From contig CAMVLU010000002.1 of NCBI GenBank assembly GCA_947168405.1, forward strand, positions 1 to 42,810: a stretch of DNA of 42,810 bases, given 5' to 3'. Below are positions 34,308 to 42,810 of the stretch, in pieces. A program made the translations under genes and the position numbers. The notes below the pieces were generated by a model, which saw nothing but the letters and a program-made list of their open reading frames with translations, was not told the origin of the DNA and did no database searches. The DNA is from an uncultured Clostridia bacterium. GTDB taxonomy: Bacteria > Bacillota_I > Bacilli_A > RF39 > UBA660. Each line of letters opens with the position of its first letter. Positions within the stretch are counted from its first letter, which is position 1.

Positions 34308-35384
34308 ATGAAAGTTGTAATAAGTGCTGGGGGTACAGGAGGACATATATATCCTGCTGTTAGTATTATTAATAAAATTAAAGAGTATGATAAAAATGCC
34401 GAAATATTATATATAGGTACAACTGATAGAATGGAACATGAAATTATTCCTAAGATGAATATTCCTTATTTTGGAATTGAAATAAAAGGATTAAGTAAAA
34501 ATATAAAAAAAAGTTTTCATAGTATTAATCTATTATTAAAATCTATTAAAATAGTAAAAAAGAAATTAAAAGAATTTAATCCTGATATTGTTATTGGAGT
34601 AGGTGGATATGTTACTTTTCCTGTAATTTTCTGTGCAAAAAAATTAGGAATTAAAACGATGATTCATGAACAAAATTCTATTCCTGGAAAATCTAATAGA
34701 CAATTAATTAAATATACAGATAAAATATGTGTTAGTTTGCCTGGAAGTATAAAATATTTTCCTAAAGAAAAAACAATATTTACTGGTAATCCTAGAAGTA
34801 GTGAAATTATTAAAGTAAAAAAAATATTTAAGAAAGAATTAGGATTTATAGAAAATAAAAAATTAGTTTTAATAGTAATGGGATCATTAGGATCTAAAAC
34901 TATAAATGATGAATTAAAAAAAATATTAATTGATTTTTCTAATAAAGATTATCAAGTGTTGTTAGTAACTGGTCAAAATTACTATGATGAATTTAAAGAA
35001 TTTAAAATAAATAATGTAAAAATTGTGCCTTTTTTAGAAAATATGTTGAATGTTTTAAAAAGTTGTGATTTAATAGTAACTCGAGCAGGTGCATCTACAA
35101 TTGCTGAAATTACAGCTATAGGACTTCCTAGTATCTTAGTACCTAGTCCATATGTTGCAAATAATCATCAGTTTTATAATGCTATGGAACTTGTAAATGC
35201 AAATGCATCTCTTCTTTTAGAAGAAAAAGATTTTAATAAAGAGAATTTATTAAATTTAATTGATAAAGTATTAGAAAATGATACTTTGTATAAAAATATG
35301 CATATAAATTCTTTAAAATTAGGAAAAACAACTAGTAGTGACGAAATTTTGAAAATTATTTTAGATTTGATTGGAAGTGACTAA
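34308..35384 (+). CDS. murG: UDP-GlcNAc:lipid I N-acetylglucosaminyltransferase MurG
   Basis: MKVVISAGGTGGHIYPA..., GVGGYVTFP, TRAGASTIAEITAIGLPSILVPSPYVANNHQ. Confidence 0.95.
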   Translation: MKVVISAGGTGGHIYPAVSIINKIKEYDKNAEILYIGTTDRMEHEIIPKMNIPYFGIEIKGLSKNIKKSFHSINLLLKSIKIVKKKLKEFNPDIVIGVGGYVTFPVIFCAKKLGIKTMIHEQNSIPGKSNRQLIKYTDKICVSLPGSIKYFPKEKTIFTGNPRSSEIIKVKKIFKKELGFIENKKLVLIVMGSLGSKTINDELKKILIDFSNKDYQVLLVTGQNYYDEFKEFKINNVKIVPFLENMLNVLKSCDLIVTRAGASTIAEITAIGLPSILVPSPYVANNHQFYNAMELVNANASLLLEEKDFNKENLLNLIDKVLENDTLYKNMHINSLKLGKTTSSDEILKIILDLIGSD

Positions 35385-35385
35385 A

Positions 35386-36315
35386 GTGGAGAAAATAATC
35401 AATGAAATAATGAATGAAAAGATAGGAGATGTAATTGTAAATCCTAGCCTTTCTAAATATACAACCTATAAAGTTGGCGGTAATGCTAAACTTTTGGTAT
35501 ATCCTAAAAATATTGATAAATTAATTACTTTAATGGAAATCATTGAAAGAGAAGATATAAAATTTTTTGTTTTAGGAAATGGTAGTAATGTATTATTTAG
35601 TGATGATATATATGATGGAATTATTATTAAATTAGATTGTTTTGATACATTAGAATTTAATGATAATACAATAAATGTTGGAGCAGGATGTAATTTAATT
35701 AAAGTAGTAATGGAATCAGTTAAACATAATTTAACTGGATTAGAATTTGCATCAGGTATACCTGGAACAATAGGTGGAGCAATATTTATGAATGCTGGAG
35801 CTTATAATTCGGAAATGAAAAATGTTGTAAAAAATGTTACAGTTTTAACATCTAATTTAAAAGTAATTACTTTAACAAATACTGAAATGAAATTTGCATA
35901 TCGTGAAAGTATTTTACAACATAAAAAAGGATATATTTGTTTGGGTGCTACTTTAAAACTTAGAAATGGTGATAAAGAGTTATCTCAAGAAATTATTAAA
36001 GATCGAAAACTTGCAAGAAAAAGAACTCAACCTTTAGAATATCCATCGGCAGGATCTGTATTTCGTAATCCAGAAGGTATGTTTTCAGGTAAATTAATAG
36101 AAGATTTAAATTTGAAAGGATATCAAGTTGGAGGTGCTATGATTAGTCATAAACATGCTAATTTTATTGTCAATGTTGGAGGAGCTAAAGCATCAGATAT
36201 AAAAGAAATAATTGATTATGTTAAAGAAAAAGTATATGATAAATATAAAATAAAATTAAGAGTAGAACAAAGACTTATTAATTGGAGTGAACTAAGTGAA
36301 AAAGATAAAGAATAA
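35386..36315 (+). CDS. murB: UDP-N-acetylenolpyruvoylglucosamine reductase MurB
   Basis: LSKYTTYKVGGNAKLLVYP, VLGNGSNVLF, PSAGSVFRNP, ISHKHANFIVN. Start is uncertain (TTG 35371, GTG 35386, ATG 35407). GTG 35386 follows a GGAAGTGA RBS. Confidence 0.9.
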   Translation: MEKIINEIMNEKIGDVIVNPSLSKYTTYKVGGNAKLLVYPKNIDKLITLMEIIEREDIKFFVLGNGSNVLFSDDIYDGIIIKLDCFDTLEFNDNTINVGAGCNLIKVVMESVKHNLTGLEFASGIPGTIGGAIFMNAGAYNSEMKNVVKNVTVLTSNLKVITLTNTEMKFAYRESILQHKKGYICLGATLKLRNGDKELSQEIIKDRKLARKRTQPLEYPSAGSVFRNPEGMFSGKLIEDLNLKGYQVGGAMISHKHANFIVNVGGAKASDIKEIIDYVKEKVYDKYKIKLRVEQRLINWSELSEKDKE

Positions 36316-36964
36316 AAAGAAAAAAATATATAAATTTTTGGGTGTATTGGTTAGCGTTATTCTTATTATTTTATACATATTAAATGTAAGAATAAAAAAT
36401 ATATATGTAAAAAATAATCATTTATTATCAGATCAAGAGATAATAGAACTAGCAGGAATTGAAAAATATCCTAAATTATTTTCTATTTCAACAAATAAAA
36501 TGATTAATAAAATAAAAATGAGTCAAATTGTTGAAAGTGTTAAAATAAAGAAAAATATCTTTGGAAGAGTAGATATTGAAGTAAATGAATATAATATGGT
36601 TTTAAAAGATGAAGTTGATAATGGTATATATTTAGCAAGTGGAGAAAAAATTAAAACAGATGAAGTAATACTAGGAATACCATCTTTAATAAATGTTGCT
36701 GATCAAGATATTCTAAAAGACTTTTTAGAAAAATTAGATAAAATAGATAAAGATATGTTAGCAAATATATCTGAAATAGAATTTACTCCTAATGAATACG
36801 AAAAAGATTTATTTTTATTATATATGAATGATGGTAATTATGTTTATATAACAACATTAAGACTTAATAATTTAAATAAATATGGAGAAGTATTAAAACA
36901 ATTAGATGGTAAAAAGGGAATATTATATTTAGATAGTGGTAATCATTTTAAAGTAATGGAATAA
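36296..36964 (+). CDS. divIB: cell division protein DivIB/FtsQ
   Basis: N-terminal K-rich tail plus a TM segment, then a POTRA-like region (IKNIYVKNNHLLSDQEIIELAGI). Conserved position after murB. Confidence 0.75.
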   Translation: MKKIKNKKKKIYKFLGVLVSVILIILYILNVRIKNIYVKNNHLLSDQEIIELAGIEKYPKLFSISTNKMINKIKMSQIVESVKIKKNIFGRVDIEVNEYNMVLKDEVDNGIYLASGEKIKTDEVILGIPSLINVADQDILKDFLEKLDKIDKDMLANISEIEFTPNEYEKDLFLLYMNDGNYVYITTLRLNNLNKYGEVLKQLDGKKGILYLDSGNHFKVME

Positions 36965-36995
36965 AAAGTTCAATAAAATATTTGAACTTTTTTTC
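36964..36995 (+). terminator. rho-independent terminator after divIB
   Basis: AAAAGTTCAA (36964-36973), 8-nt loop, TTGAACTTTT (36982-36991), then a T-run. Confidence 0.6.
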
Positions 36996-37031
36996 TTTTG
37001 TGCTATACTTTTATAGTAAGGATGTGTGGTT

Positions 37032-37730
37032 ATGGATATTAGTTTAGATAATTTTCAAGGACCAATGGATTTACTTTTACATTTAATTAAGAAAAAAGAA
37101 ATGGATATCTTAGATATTAAATTAGAAGTAATAATAGATGAATATTTAAATTATATAAACAGTTTAGAAAAAATGAATTTAACAATAGCTAGTTCTTATT
37201 TAGTAATGGCTTCAGAGTTACTAGAAATAAAATCTAGAATGTTACTTCCTCATGAAGAAGAAGACCAGGAAGTTGAAGAATTAAAATCTAATTTAATAAA
37301 TAGATTAGTTGAATATGAAAAATATAAAGAATTAGTTCCAACTTTAAGAGAATTAGAACAAGAAAGAAAAGAATTTATGACGAAAAGTCCTAGTAATATA
37401 TTAGAATACAAAGAAGATTTTAATTATCAAAGTGATTTAACTATTAATACTTTAATAGATGCATATAAGAATTTTTTAATTAGAATTGAAGAAGAAAAAC
37501 CTATTAGTACTAAAGTAACTAAAAAAGAAATATCTATAGAATCTCAAATACTTAGAATTAAAGAAAAATTTAAATATGAAAAACGAGTAAAATTTGAAGA
37601 TTTATTTCAAGAAAAAACTAAACCATATATTGTTGCAACATTTCTTGCTATTTTAGAAATGACAAGATTTGGAGAAATAAAAATATATCAAGAACAAAGT
37701 TTTGGATCAATTTTATGTGAGGCGATATAA
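37032..37730 (+). CDS. scpA: segregation and condensation protein A
   Basis: FQGPMDLLLHLIKKKEMDILDIKL ... ATFLAILEMTRFGEI. ATG 37032 is preferred over GTG 37026. Confidence 0.9.
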   Translation: MDISLDNFQGPMDLLLHLIKKKEMDILDIKLEVIIDEYLNYINSLEKMNLTIASSYLVMASELLEIKSRMLLPHEEEDQEVEELKSNLINRLVEYEKYKELVPTLRELEQERKEFMTKSPSNILEYKEDFNYQSDLTINTLIDAYKNFLIRIEEEKPISTKVTKKEISIESQILRIKEKFKYEKRVKFEDLFQEKTKPYIVATFLAILEMTRFGEIKIYQEQSFGSILCEAI

Positions 37731-38293
37731 TGAATTTAAAAGGTGTATTAGAAGGATTATTATTTGTTGTAGGTGATGAAGGAATTACCATGAAAGAATT
37801 ACTTGAAATAATGAATATTTCTAAAGAAGAACTTCAACAATTAATAATTGAATTAAAAGAAGAATATGAAAATGATAATAGAGGTATTAGACTTAGTATA
37901 TTAGGAGATGCTTTTAAACTAACTACAAAAAAAGAACATAAAGAATATTATGAAAAATTATTAAAAAATGAAGAAAGTAATACATTATCTAGTAGTGCTA
38001 TTGAAACTTTAGCTATTATTGCTTACAATGAACCAATTACAAGAATACAAGTAGATGAAATAAGAGGAGTTTCAAGTGCTCCAATGATTAGAAAATTAGT
38101 TGCTAAAGGATTTTTAAAAGAAGTTGGTAAAAGTGACTTACCAGGAAGACCTAATCTATATAAAACAACAAGTGAATTTTTAGACTATTTTAATATGTCT
38201 TCAATTGATGATCTTCCTAAAATAGATAGTATTGAGGAGGTAATAGATGATATAGATTTATATGATTCTAGATATAAAGAAGAAATTATTTAA
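37730..38293 (+). CDS. scpB: segregation and condensation protein B
   Basis: LEGLLFVVGDEGIT..., LSSSAIETLAIIAYNEPITRIQVDEIRGV, GRPNLYKTT. ATG overlaps the scpA stop. Confidence 0.9.
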   Translation: MNLKGVLEGLLFVVGDEGITMKELLEIMNISKEELQQLIIELKEEYENDNRGIRLSILGDAFKLTTKKEHKEYYEKLLKNEESNTLSSSAIETLAIIAYNEPITRIQVDEIRGVSSAPMIRKLVAKGFLKEVGKSDLPGRPNLYKTTSEFLDYFNMSSIDDLPKIDSIEEVIDDIDLYDSRYKEEII

Positions 38294-38307
38294 GGAAAGG
38301 AATTTGT

Positions 38308-40212
38308 ATGGAAAATAATAATTTAAATGAAAATGAAGAAACAAATTTAGAAGAAAATAATCTAGAAAAACAAGATAATAAAATTGAAAAAACAAAGATA
38401 TCAGAAAATCCTGTTGAAGAAAAAAAAGAGGATAAAAAAAATAAAAGTAAAAAAAGTGAAAGTAAAAAGAGCAGTGATAAAAAAAGCAGTATTTTAATAA
38501 TTTCTATAATAGGTATTTTAATACTTCTTATTGGAGGTTATTTTGTTTTATCAAAAGTATTAGTTAAAGAAGATAATAAACCAAATGAAACAGAACAAAA
38601 AGAAGAAAAAGAAAATGATGAAGAGAAAAAAGAAGATGTAGAAGAATTAAATTATTCCCTTAATGTTTATAAATATAGTTCAGGAGCAATATGTAATGAA
38701 TATAATGCTGATTGGTGTAAAGACTTAGCATTTACTATTAAAACTAAAACTGAAACTGCTAAAGTAATAAAAGGTGAAGATGCTTTTGTTTTATATGAAG
38801 ATGATGGACTAAGAGTTTATAATAATTATGATGGAAAAATTACTAAATTAAATTTAGAAAATCAATATAGTTATTATTATTTAAATTATAAAGATAATAA
38901 AATACTAGGAATATTGTATGTAAATCAATCCGAAATGTTTTCTAATAAAGGTGGTTATTATAATATTGCTAAAAGTGAAAAAATGTATAATTTTAAATAT
39001 GATAATCTTATTTTAATAAATGATAGTAATTATCTATCAGCAATTAAAGATAAAAATGTATACTTATTAAGTGCAAATGAAGAAAAAGAAGAACTTGTTT
39101 CTACTAATAATAATGAAAATGAATTTCCAGGTTATTTTTATGTTAATTGTTTTAATAATAAATGTTTTTATTATGTAGCAGATGGTGATGTATATAATAT
39201 TTATAAATTTTATTCTAATGATAAAAAAGTAATATTTGATAAAAAAACAAGTGAAGGACAATGGAGTTTTAAAGATAAATATTTATATATAGTAGATAAT
39301 AAAGTTGTTAAAAAATATGATATAGATGGAACTTTAATGTCAACTAGTAAAGCATTTAATGATGTAAAAGGTTTAATAGAAAACTATGCTATATATGTAG
39401 AAAATAATAACTTATCACTTGTTAATATTGATAATGATAAATCGGTTGTACTTGATAATTGGAATGAACATTATTATTTTGATACTTTTATATCAGGATA
39501 TTATACAAGAGAAAAACTCGATAATATGGGTGAAAAAAATAAACCAGAAGGAATATATGTTGTAATGTATTCTAATCAAAAAATTGCTGAAAATATTTAT
39601 GGAAAAGAATATTGTTATACAAAAACAGGAGAAGTAAAAACTTTTGATGTTAAAACTCCACAAGGAGGACGTGCTAAACCAGTATTATACCTATATCCAA
39701 CTAAAACAACTGATGTTAAAGTAGAATTCGAGCACCCTGAATATTTAACAACTACTTATCCTAAATATAATAATTCATGGAAAGTTAAAGCTAGTCCTAA
39801 TGGAGATTTAATTGATAGTAATAATAAATATTATTATGGATTATATTGGGATGAAATAAGATATAATGAAGTAGATTTTCATGAAGGATTCTATGTAACT
39901 AAAGATAATGCTATTGATTTCTTAGAAGAAAAACTTGATATAATTGGTCTTAATCCAAGAGAAAGAAATGAATTTATTATGTATTGGTTGCCAATTCTAG
40001 AAAATAATGAAAAGAGTATTGTTTACTTTGAATTAACTAAAGAAAGAGAAAGAGGTAATAAATTAATTATTACACCTAAACCAGATAGTATGTTAAGAGT
40101 ATCAATTCATATTAAAAAAGTTAATAGTAAAGTAAATATTAAAGAACAAAAATTAGAAACATTTAAAAGATATGGCTTTAGTGCAATAGAATGGGGAGGA
40201 ATGATTTATTAA
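38308..40212 (+). CDS. membrane-anchored 634-aa protein of unknown function
   Basis: K/E-rich low-complexity N-terminus, one TM segment (ILIISIIGILILLIGGYFVL), and a large extracytoplasmic part. No family recognised. Confidence 0.6.
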   Translation: MENNNLNENEETNLEENNLEKQDNKIEKTKISENPVEEKKEDKKNKSKKSESKKSSDKKSSILIISIIGILILLIGGYFVLSKVLVKEDNKPNETEQKEEKENDEEKKEDVEELNYSLNVYKYSSGAICNEYNADWCKDLAFTIKTKTETAKVIKGEDAFVLYEDDGLRVYNNYDGKITKLNLENQYSYYYLNYKDNKILGILYVNQSEMFSNKGGYYNIAKSEKMYNFKYDNLILINDSNYLSAIKDKNVYLLSANEEKEELVSTNNNENEFPGYFYVNCFNNKCFYYVADGDVYNIYKFYSNDKKVIFDKKTSEGQWSFKDKYLYIVDNKVVKKYDIDGTLMSTSKAFNDVKGLIENYAIYVENNNLSLVNIDNDKSVVLDNWNEHYYFDTFISGYYTREKLDNMGEKNKPEGIYVVMYSNQKIAENIYGKEYCYTKTGEVKTFDVKTPQGGRAKPVLYLYPTKTTDVKVEFEHPEYLTTTYPKYNNSWKVKASPNGDLIDSNNKYYYGLYWDEIRYNEVDFHEGFYVTKDNAIDFLEEKLDIIGLNPRERNEFIMYWLPILENNEKSIVYFELTKERERGNKLIITPKPDSMLRVSIHIKKVNSKVNIKEQKLETFKRYGFSAIEWGGMIY

Positions 40213-40286
40213 ATTCCTCTTTTTTTTGTCAAATATATTTAAATTTATTATATTTATGTTATAATAAAAGACATTGGGGGAGTTTT

Positions 40287-41249
40287 ATGAAAGATCAAAC
40301 AAAATTAATATTATCTATGCTTGAAGAGGGTAAATCTTGTAATGAAATGTGTGAAGTATTAGGTATTACTAATAGACAACTTTATACTAATTTAACAAAT
40401 AACAGAAATAAAGGATTTTTATTTACGAGAGATTATACATCAAATGGAGATATTTTGTATAAACAAACTAATTTTATTCCCGAAGAAGATAATCAAAGTA
40501 TTATTAAATTAGATGAATCATATATTAAATTATTAATAATATCTGATTTACATTTTGGAAATGAAAAAGAAAATTTAAAAAGAGTAGAACATATATTTAA
40601 TTATTGTAAAAAGAATAATATACATATAATATTCTGTTGTGGAGATTTCTTAGATGGAACATATTCTCAAGGAATTCAAATAATTCCTGAGTTTTATAAT
40701 CAAGTAGATTATTTTATAAGAAATTATCCATTTGATAAAAATATTTTAACATTTGGAGTAGGTGGAGATCATGATTTAAGTGGTATTACTGATCGAGGTC
40801 AAAATTTCTTAGAAGCAATTTATAATTATAGACATGATTGTATTATTCCAAGTTTTTGTAATTCTATTGTAAATATTAAAAATACTAATATATTACTTCA
40901 TCATCATAATCCCAAAGCTAAAATTCCTGGTAATGTATTTATTAATTTCTTTGGTCATTGTCATAAATATGATATTAAAATAGAAAAAAATGGAAGAATA
41001 GTTGTTAAAGTTCCATCTATATCTGATATAAATGTTCAATCATATGAACTATTACCATCAGCATTAGAAACTGAATTATTTTATGAAAAAGATAAACTTG
41101 TTATGATGAAATTAGGACAACTTTATTATGGAAATAAAGATTATCTTTTAAATCAAATATCTTATGAAATACCTTTAATTAAAAAGAAAAAGTTTGAAGG
41201 AGTAGATGAAGAAATTTTTGATGATGATGTTCCTAAAAAAATAAAATAA
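40287..41249 (+). CDS. HTH domain fused to a calcineurin-like metallophosphoesterase
   Basis: N-terminus LEEGKSCNEMCEVLGITNRQLYTNL (HTH). Phosphoesterase motifs LIISDLHFG, CCGDFLDG, GGDHD, LLHHH, FGHCH. GGGGGAG RBS before ATG 40287 (the ORF opens at 40191). Confidence 0.8.
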   Translation: MKDQTKLILSMLEEGKSCNEMCEVLGITNRQLYTNLTNNRNKGFLFTRDYTSNGDILYKQTNFIPEEDNQSIIKLDESYIKLLIISDLHFGNEKENLKRVEHIFNYCKKNNIHIIFCCGDFLDGTYSQGIQIIPEFYNQVDYFIRNYPFDKNILTFGVGGDHDLSGITDRGQNFLEAIYNYRHDCIIPSFCNSIVNIKNTNILLHHHNPKAKIPGNVFINFFGHCHKYDIKIEKNGRIVVKVPSISDINVQSYELLPSALETELFYEKDKLVMMKLGQLYYGNKDYLLNQISYEIPLIKKKKFEGVDEEIFDDDVPKKIK

Positions 41250-41250
41250 A

Positions 41251-41268
41251 AAATCCCAAATGGGATTT
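41251..41268. terminator. short hairpin between the phosphoesterase gene and the tRNA
   Basis: AAATCCC (41251-41257), loop AAAT, GGGATTT (41262-41268). Confidence 0.45.
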
Positions 41269-41278
41269 TATTACTATA

Positions 41279-41353
41279 TGGTTGCCTCAGTTAGATTCGA
41301 ACTAACGCGTAATGGAGTCAGAGTCCACTGCCTTACCGCTTGGCTATGAGGCA
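41279..41353 (-). tRNA. tRNA-Gln (anticodon CUG), CCA encoded
   Basis: Reverse complement folds as TGCCTCA-TA-GCCA-AGCGGTA-AGGC-A-GTGGA-CTCTGAC-TCCAT-TACGC-GTTAG-TTCGAAT-CTAAC-TGAGGCA-A-CCA (75 nt). Acceptor and T stems are perfect. The AGCCAAGCGGTAAGGC D-arm is typical of tRNA-Gln. Confidence 0.9.
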
Positions 41354-41401
41354 AATACATATAAATTATACTAAAAATATAATTAATTATCAAGGAGGAT
41401 T

Positions 41402-41608
41402 ATGAAAAATAAAGTTATTTCTCTTATAAGAAAATATCAAAGAATTCCCGGAAGATTTCATTATAATTGTAAATTTTATCCAACTTGTTCAGAATATACA
41501 ATAGAAGCCTTAGAAAAATATGGAACATTAAAAGGATTATTCTTAGGATTTAAAAGAATATTAAAATGTAATCCTTTTTCAAAAGGTGGAGTTGATTTAT
41601 TAAAATAA
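41402..41608 (+). CDS. yidD: membrane protein insertion efficiency factor YidD
   Basis: [53 protein letters not shown]. Confidence 0.9.
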   Translation: MKNKVISLIRKYQRIPGRFHYNCKFYPTCSEYTIEALEKYGTLKGLFLGFKRILKCNPFSKGGVDLLK

Positions 41609-41635
41609 AACAATCTATGGTTCATAGATTGTTTT
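41607..41635. terminator. bidirectional terminator between convergent genes
   Basis: AAAACAATCTATG (41607-41619), loop GTT, CATAGATTGTTTT (41623-41635). 13-bp perfect stem overlapping both stop codons. Confidence 0.6.
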
Positions 41636-42514
41636 ATCATATGTATGAAAGGTTTTATCTAATTTTTCTAATTCTTTATCAGTTATTAAGAAATATGAAT
41701 GATCTAAAATATCTTTATCTTCATCATTAATTGGATCATCCCAAGTCAAATCTAAATGATACCAATGATTATCAACATATACATAATTCCAAACATGATC
41801 TTCACTTGCAACTTTATAATTTTTAATGCCTAATTTATCTAAAAATATCATCATACTATCTGCATAACCACTACAAATTGCATATCCTTCTTCTAATGCA
41901 CCAAAGGCAGTATCAGATTTATATTTAATTATTTTTTTATCAGCTCTATCTTTATCATATTTTGTATGATTAATAATATAATCATGAATAACTTTTATTT
42001 TTTCTCGATCACTCATATTTTTAGTAATATTTTCTTCTATAATTTTATCTATATCAAAATCAATAATATATTTCATTCTTTCATCATATATTTTATCTAT
42101 TTTAATTACAATTTTACCATAATTTTTATAAATATCTAAATGATTACCAGATGAAGAATTATATGGATGAACATAATTATTTATATTCGAAACAGTTTCT
42201 TGATTTTGAGTAACATCTTTAACATCATTTATACAATCTACATATTCTCTTTTACAATAAAAAGTAAATTCATCCATACCACTATTAATAATAGTATAAT
42301 AAATATTTAAGATATCTTGTTTATTTTGAGGAAAAAAGTTATCTGTATTAGATACATATTTAAAATTATAATTTCTTGTATATTCATTTTTTTCTACAGT
42401 TGATGCAACAAAAAATTTACTTTCAAGGAATGATAAGATATTATCTTTAAAATATATTGTAAGTAAAAATAATAATAAAATTGATAACAATATAAATGTT
42501 TTTTTCACACTCAT
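41615..42514 (-). CDS. secreted or anchored transglutaminase-like (papain-fold) protein
   Basis: GYAICSGYADSMMIFLDKLGI ... DHVWNYVYVDNHWYHLDLTWDD shows a Cys-His-Asp core. Signal-like N-terminus MSVKKTFILLSILLLFLL. Start is uncertain (42514, 42526 or 42550). Confidence 0.8.
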   Translation of the reverse strand: MSVKKTFILLSILLLFLLTIYFKDNILSFLESKFFVASTVEKNEYTRNYNFKYVSNTDNFFPQNKQDILNIYYTIINSGMDEFTFYCKREYVDCINDVKDVTQNQETVSNINNYVHPYNSSSGNHLDIYKNYGKIVIKIDKIYDERMKYIIDFDIDKIIEENITKNMSDREKIKVIHDYIINHTKYDKDRADKKIIKYKSDTAFGALEEGYAICSGYADSMMIFLDKLGIKNYKVASEDHVWNYVYVDNHWYHLDLTWDDPINDEDKDILDHSYFLITDKELEKLDKTFHTYDKTIYEP

Positions 42515-42578
42515 CAACCCTTTCATATCTATTTTAACATATAATAACAAAAAAATACAAAAAAAATAGCAAAAATTG

Positions 42579-42810
42579 CTATTTAATATTATTTACAGAT
42601 TTAGTTAATCTAGATTTTAATCTAGAAGCTTTATTCTTTTTTACAATATTTACATTTTGTGCTTTGTCAATATTTTTTAAAGTTGAATTTAATAATTCTT
42701 TTGATTCTTCAACTTTTCCTTCTTTAACTGATTTTTCTAATTTTTTAATAGAATTTTTCATACGAGATTCTACTAATACGTTTTCTTCTTCTTTTCTTTT
42801 ATTAGTTAAT
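42579..42810 (-). CDS. rpsT: 30S ribosomal protein S20, 5' end beyond the window
   Basis: The frame stays open upstream of the track's ATG to the window edge (LTNKRKEEENVLVESRMKNSIKKLE...NIVKKNKASRLKSRLTKSV). This matches the S20 pattern (..EKRR..N....S.M.T.IKK ... HKN.A.R.KSRL). Confidence 0.8.
   Translation of the reverse strand, partial: LTNKRKEEENVLVESRMKNSIKKLEKSVKEGKVEESKELLNSTLKNIDKAQNVNIVKKNKASRLKSRLTKSVNNIK

Noticed and set aside
490-39261. All minus-strand ORFs of 60-98 aa in the track that lie inside + strand genes (490-720, 2827-3066, 3566-3862, 4130-4330, 6411-6665, 8189-8383, 9739-9921, 11827-12012, 12052-12264, 15766-15954, 24577-24840, 24907-25098, 28016-28282, 28551-28754, 28794-29036, 32273-32491, 39067-39261), plus the + strand alternative-frame ORF 2792-2992.
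   Set aside because: They are fully embedded antisense or out of frame in longer ORFs with recognisable families. They have low-complexity I/L/F/K/N-rich translations typical of shadow ORFs in very AT-rich DNA, and no RBS was seen.
41279-41353. tRNA-Gln as a possible integration site for a mobile element.
   Set aside because: There is no integrase nearby, no partial duplicate of the tRNA 3' end in the window, and the flanking genes (phosphoesterase, yidD) look like ordinary chromosome.
1-42810. Search for CRISPR arrays, rRNA, IS elements, integrases, group II introns, riboswitch-like or T-box leaders.
   Set aside because: No regularly spaced short repeats, no rRNA-like conserved blocks, no transposase or integrase motifs in any long ORF, and no long structured leaders stood out. 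The only long DNA repeat is the 888-bp tandem duplication. A covariance-model scan (Infernal/Rfam) would be needed to exclude small ncRNAs.

Overview
This is a very AT-rich chromosomal segment (roughly a quarter G+C by eye, not computed) from a low-GC Gram-positive, Bacillota-like organism. It uses the standard code (TGA is a stop, e.g. 7318-7320), and nearly all genes are on the + strand.

Layout:
(i) 0.3-8.9 kb: a Wzx/Wzy-type glycan locus with three GT-A/GT2 glycosyltransferases, two ATP-grasp ligases, an apparently split wzy, wzx, a pyruvyl transferase and an acetyltransferase.
(ii) 8.95-11.5 kb: a 3-hydroxyacyl-CoA dehydrogenase and thiolase pair.
(iii) 11.5-19.8 kb: an accessory defence-type island. 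It holds an 882-aa HEPN / NB-ARC STAND / TPR / cold-shock-domain protein; a two-gene operon (596-aa protein with a DUF4365-like nuclease N-terminus plus a 95-aa acidic protein); a RhuM-Doc/Fic fusion; and a perfect tandem duplication of a DUF1016/YhcG PD-(D/E)xK gene. The first two units are each preceded by a similar module of decayed gene tail, hairpin and promoter.
(iv) 19.9-29 kb: ugd, a VanZ-like gene, tspO, a two-module ClpX-like ATPase, a phosphoglycerate-mutase-like protein that seems to lack all catalytic residues, and a fused DUF1538 membrane protein with a tandem PII-like protein.
(v) 29.7-34.2 kb: three envelope/surface genes.
(vi) 34.3-42.8 kb: housekeeping genes (murG, murB, divIB, scpA, scpB, tRNA-Gln, yidD, rpsT partial) plus a few unknowns.

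I found no rRNA, CRISPR array, integrase or intact transposase. The best candidates for an undescribed system are the STAND gene (11834-14482) and the adjacent DUF4365-like two-gene operon (14744-16839).

All family assignments come from motif recognition by eye. No profile searches, alignments or composition statistics could be run.
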